Positions 56,449-58,824 of a stretch of DNA of 58,824 bases are shown here, one piece after another; the stretch's first letter is position 1; each line of letters starts with the position of its first letter. The notes beneath the pieces were generated by a model. The model ran no database searches and was not told the DNA's origin. It worked only from the letters and a program-made list of their open reading frames with translations. The translations under genes were made by a program, and so were the position numbers. Source of the DNA: Spirochaetota bacterium (GTDB lineage Bacteria > Spirochaetota > UBA4802 > JAFGDQ01); NCBI GenBank assembly GCA_043803405.1, contig JAZDKB010000001.1:1-58824 (forward strand), in the 5' to 3' direction.

Positions 56449-56765
56449 GAGAGCAATTTAGCCGGGTAGTATAGCAAATTGCCATCCGGAATAGCAATTT
56501 AGCTGTCGGGTATAGCATTTTCCTATTCGTAACAGGAAAATTGGGGTGCCGGACAGCAATTTTCCTGTTTTATACGGGAATGTTCCCATCCTGTATGGCA
56601 ATGTTCCGGTTCCGTACCCCGAATTCGGGGCATTCTTATGGCAAATTAGCTGACCGGCATGGCAATTTCCCCATTCAGAACGGCAATTTGGTAGGCGAAC
56701 ATAGCAAATTTGCTGTAACTGAAGGCAATTTAGCCAACAGAACAGGAACTTCGTTATCTGGAATC
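56449..56765 (+). repeat. Degenerate ~21-bp tandem array (~15 units)
   Basis: RGCAAWTT-like cores at 56452, 56473, 56493, 56514, 56535, 56555, 56576, 56597, 56640, 56661, 56682, 56703, 56724 and 56745. Confidence 0.7.
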
Positions 56766-56898
56766 AGAACGAAGGCTTAAAACCGGACAGCTGGCAGGTA
56801 TAGATTTCTGTATCAGCAATTGCCATATCATACAAAGGAATAATCCAGTTCCATAAAAAGAACGTCTATATAATATAATATTCAAAGTGTAAAATATC

Positions 56899-57792
56899 AT
56901 GAAATCAATTACCGGAAAATTTGCGGCACTTATTCTAACCGTATTTGCATTAGCAGACCCGCTTATCGCGCTGGAAGCGCCTGCTCTGAAAGCCAGGGTG
57001 AATGACTACGCCGGCATTCTTTCCCCACAGACAATAAGCATACTGGAAGCAAAACTCGAAGAGATCGAAAAGAGCGATTCCACGCAAATCGCGGTGCTCA
57101 CAATTCCTTCGCTTGAGGGCGACGCTATTGAGCCGTTCTCCATACGCGTTGCGGAAAAATGGCAGATCGGGCAGAAGAAACTCGACAACGGTGTTATACT
57201 GCTGATATCAAAAAACGACCGCAAGGTGAGAATAGAAACAGGATACGGCCTTGAAGGAAAACTCACAGACCTTGTGTCCGGACGCATCATAAGAAATATT
57301 ATTATACCGAATTTTAAAAATAATAATTTTGACCAGGGCGTTCTTGATGCAGTCGATGCCATAATATCCGTTGTAAGAGGAGAATTTAAAGCTGACGGAT
57401 CTGCCGGCGGCAGAAAAAAATCGTTCCTTTCCGGCAACGGCCTGTTCTTTTTGTTTTTTTTATTATTCTTTATTGCAATAGTCGGATCAATGAAAAAAAT
57501 ATTCGGCGGCATAATGGGCGCTGTTGTTTTCCCTGTCGCGGGCCTTTTCACGCTGCCGTTCACGGCCTGGTTGTTGGCTCTTATACCGGTCGGCTTCCTG
57601 GCAGGGCTCGCCCTGCCCGCGATCCTTTCGCTTATAGGAATGGGGCATGGCGGAGGATGGAGCAACAGAGGCGGCGGTGGCGGCTTCTTTATAGGCGGAG
57701 GAGGCGGGAGCGACGGCGGGTTTTCGTCCGGCGGTTTCGGCGGAGGAGGCGGTGGGAGCTTCGGGGGCGGAGGCGCGTCCGGGGACTGGTAA
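56899..57792 (+). CDS. TPM-domain (YgcG-like) membrane protein with Gly-rich tail
   Basis: RVNDYAGIL, QIAVLTIPSL.G..IE, DNGVILL....DRKVRIE.GYGLEG.LTD, C-terminal GGGGSFGGGGASGDW. Confidence 0.92.
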   Translation: MKSITGKFAALILTVFALADPLIALEAPALKARVNDYAGILSPQTISILEAKLEEIEKSDSTQIAVLTIPSLEGDAIEPFSIRVAEKWQIGQKKLDNGVILLISKNDRKVRIETGYGLEGKLTDLVSGRIIRNIIIPNFKNNNFDQGVLDAVDAIISVVRGEFKADGSAGGRKKSFLSGNGLFFLFFLLFFIAIVGSMKKIFGGIMGAVVFPVAGLFTLPFTAWLLALIPVGFLAGLALPAILSLIGMGHGGGWSNRGGGGGFFIGGGGGSDGGFSSGGFGGGGGGSFGGGGASGDW

Positions 57793-57820
57793 AAAAACTG
57801 AGCAATTAAGGAGTCTTGCC

Positions 57821-58456
57821 ATGAAAAATCTGGCCGGGAAATTCTTATCCGATCCGGATAAAGAAAAAATACGAAATGCAGTTAAGGATGCCGAAAAAAT
57901 CACGTCCGGCGAAATTGTACCTATGGTAGTATCTTCAAGCTATACATACCCTGTATCGAATTTTATCGGAGGATTTATTTTCGCCTTAATCATTGCCTTA
58001 TTTGCGGTCTTCATTAAAAATAATGAACACCTCTGGTATTTTCTTACGATTTTTATGCCGGTTTTTTATACAATGTACATGCTTATAAAACACAATCCCA
58101 AGCTTAAAAGATTATTCATATCCGACAAAGAAATAAACGAAGAAGTCGAAGAAGCCGCGATAAACCAGTTCTTTAAACACCGGCTCTATAAAACAAAAGA
58201 CCAGACAGGCGTACTGATATACATATCGGTTTTTGAAAGGAAAGTCTGGGTCCTCGCGGATCACGGAATTAACAGCAGGGTGAACCCGTCCGTATGGCAG
58301 GAAATTGTTGACATTATTGTCAAAGGCATTAAAGAAAAAAAACAGGGAGATGCCATAACCGTGGCTATCGCAAAAACAGGAGAAATTCTGCATACGCATT
58401 TCCCGTGCAAAAAAGACGATACTGACGAATTGAGCAATTTAATTATAGAAAAATAA
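57821..58456 (+). CDS. TPM-domain membrane protein (LemA operon partner)
   Basis: I..AV..AE..TSGEIV, T...TGVLIY.S..ER.V.V.AD.GI, DEL.N. AAGGAG RBS favours ATG 57821. Confidence 0.9.
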   Translation: MKNLAGKFLSDPDKEKIRNAVKDAEKITSGEIVPMVVSSSYTYPVSNFIGGFIFALIIALFAVFIKNNEHLWYFLTIFMPVFYTMYMLIKHNPKLKRLFISDKEINEEVEEAAINQFFKHRLYKTKDQTGVLIYISVFERKVWVLADHGINSRVNPSVWQEIVDIIVKGIKEKKQGDAITVAIAKTGEILHTHFPCKKDDTDELSNLIIEK

Positions 58457-58674
58457 AATTTTATAATATTGATTTTAAGCCGGTTAATCGAATCATTTGT
58501 TTTATTTATGGGGGATCAGTAATTAAATTTTCTATGGCTGCGGAACTCGGACAACAGGGCAGAGCTGTCTCATACTAAAATAAGGTGACCTTTTCTGCCT
58601 AATGCTCCTAAATCCCCTGAAGGGCAGGGCTGCCTCACGCTAATTATTTTAGTCATAAATCGGATATGCTCCCA

Positions 58675-58818
58675 GCCCCCTAACCCCCAAAGGGGGCACC
58701 GGCTTGGAAGGGGAAACAATATCTTTTGATATTAAATATAGATTATGTGCTAATCCATTGTAAAAATGAGAATTTATTCAATAAAAAATTTCTATGCCCC
58801 CTTCGGGGGTTAGGGGGC
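58675..58818. repeat. Inverted 23-bp repeats flanking an AT-rich spacer (REP/MITE-like)
   Basis: GCCCCCTAACCCCCAAAGGGGGC (58675-58697) versus the reverse complement of 58796-58818, GCCCCCTAACCCCCGAAGGGGGC: 22/23 identical. Confidence 0.8.
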
Positions 58819-58824
58819 AATATA

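Noticed and set aside
56449..56765. CRISPR array
   Set aside because: Period is only ~21 bp, cores are degenerate, and there are no cas genes in the window.
1..58824. tRNA, rRNA, prophage, integron or retron/RT genes
   Set aside because: No such motifs were seen by eye. A tRNAscan/Infernal run would be needed to exclude small RNAs fully.

Overview
Chromosomal segment of an AT-rich, probably anaerobic, free-living spirochaete (Spirochaetota). The assignment rests on cfpA, a LipL71/LruA-like lipoprotein next to STAS-tgt, several STAS proteins and an HDOD protein. The window opens with the 3' end of an IS256-family element, an intact small toxin-antitoxin-like pair and a decayed vapBC pair. Most of the rest is housekeeping or envelope genes (hppA, thiC, tkt, glyQ, nrnA, tgt, map, recA, leuA with a leucine attenuator, an ECF sigma/anti-sigma/Spy module, lemA-TPM-TPM). 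The strongest candidate for an undescribed system lies directly downstream of the cytoskeletal gene cfpA. There, a hypothetical protein ends in an HPr-like, His-containing domain. It is followed by a 'PPDK' whose ATP-grasp catalytic residues are replaced while its phospho-His and PEP-binding domains are intact, and then by a GAF-PP2C phosphatase. Together these look like a PEP-driven, PTS-like phosphorelay built from PPDK. Also notable are a GC-richer catabolic cassette (divergent SucCD-like ligase, GntR, AbfD-like dehydratase, Ldh_2 dehydrogenase) bracketed by two copies of a ~210-230 bp MITE-like repeat, a degenerate 21-bp-period array between lemA and its TPM partner, and several REP/MITE-like palindrome families. 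All family calls come from motif recognition by eye; no searches were run.
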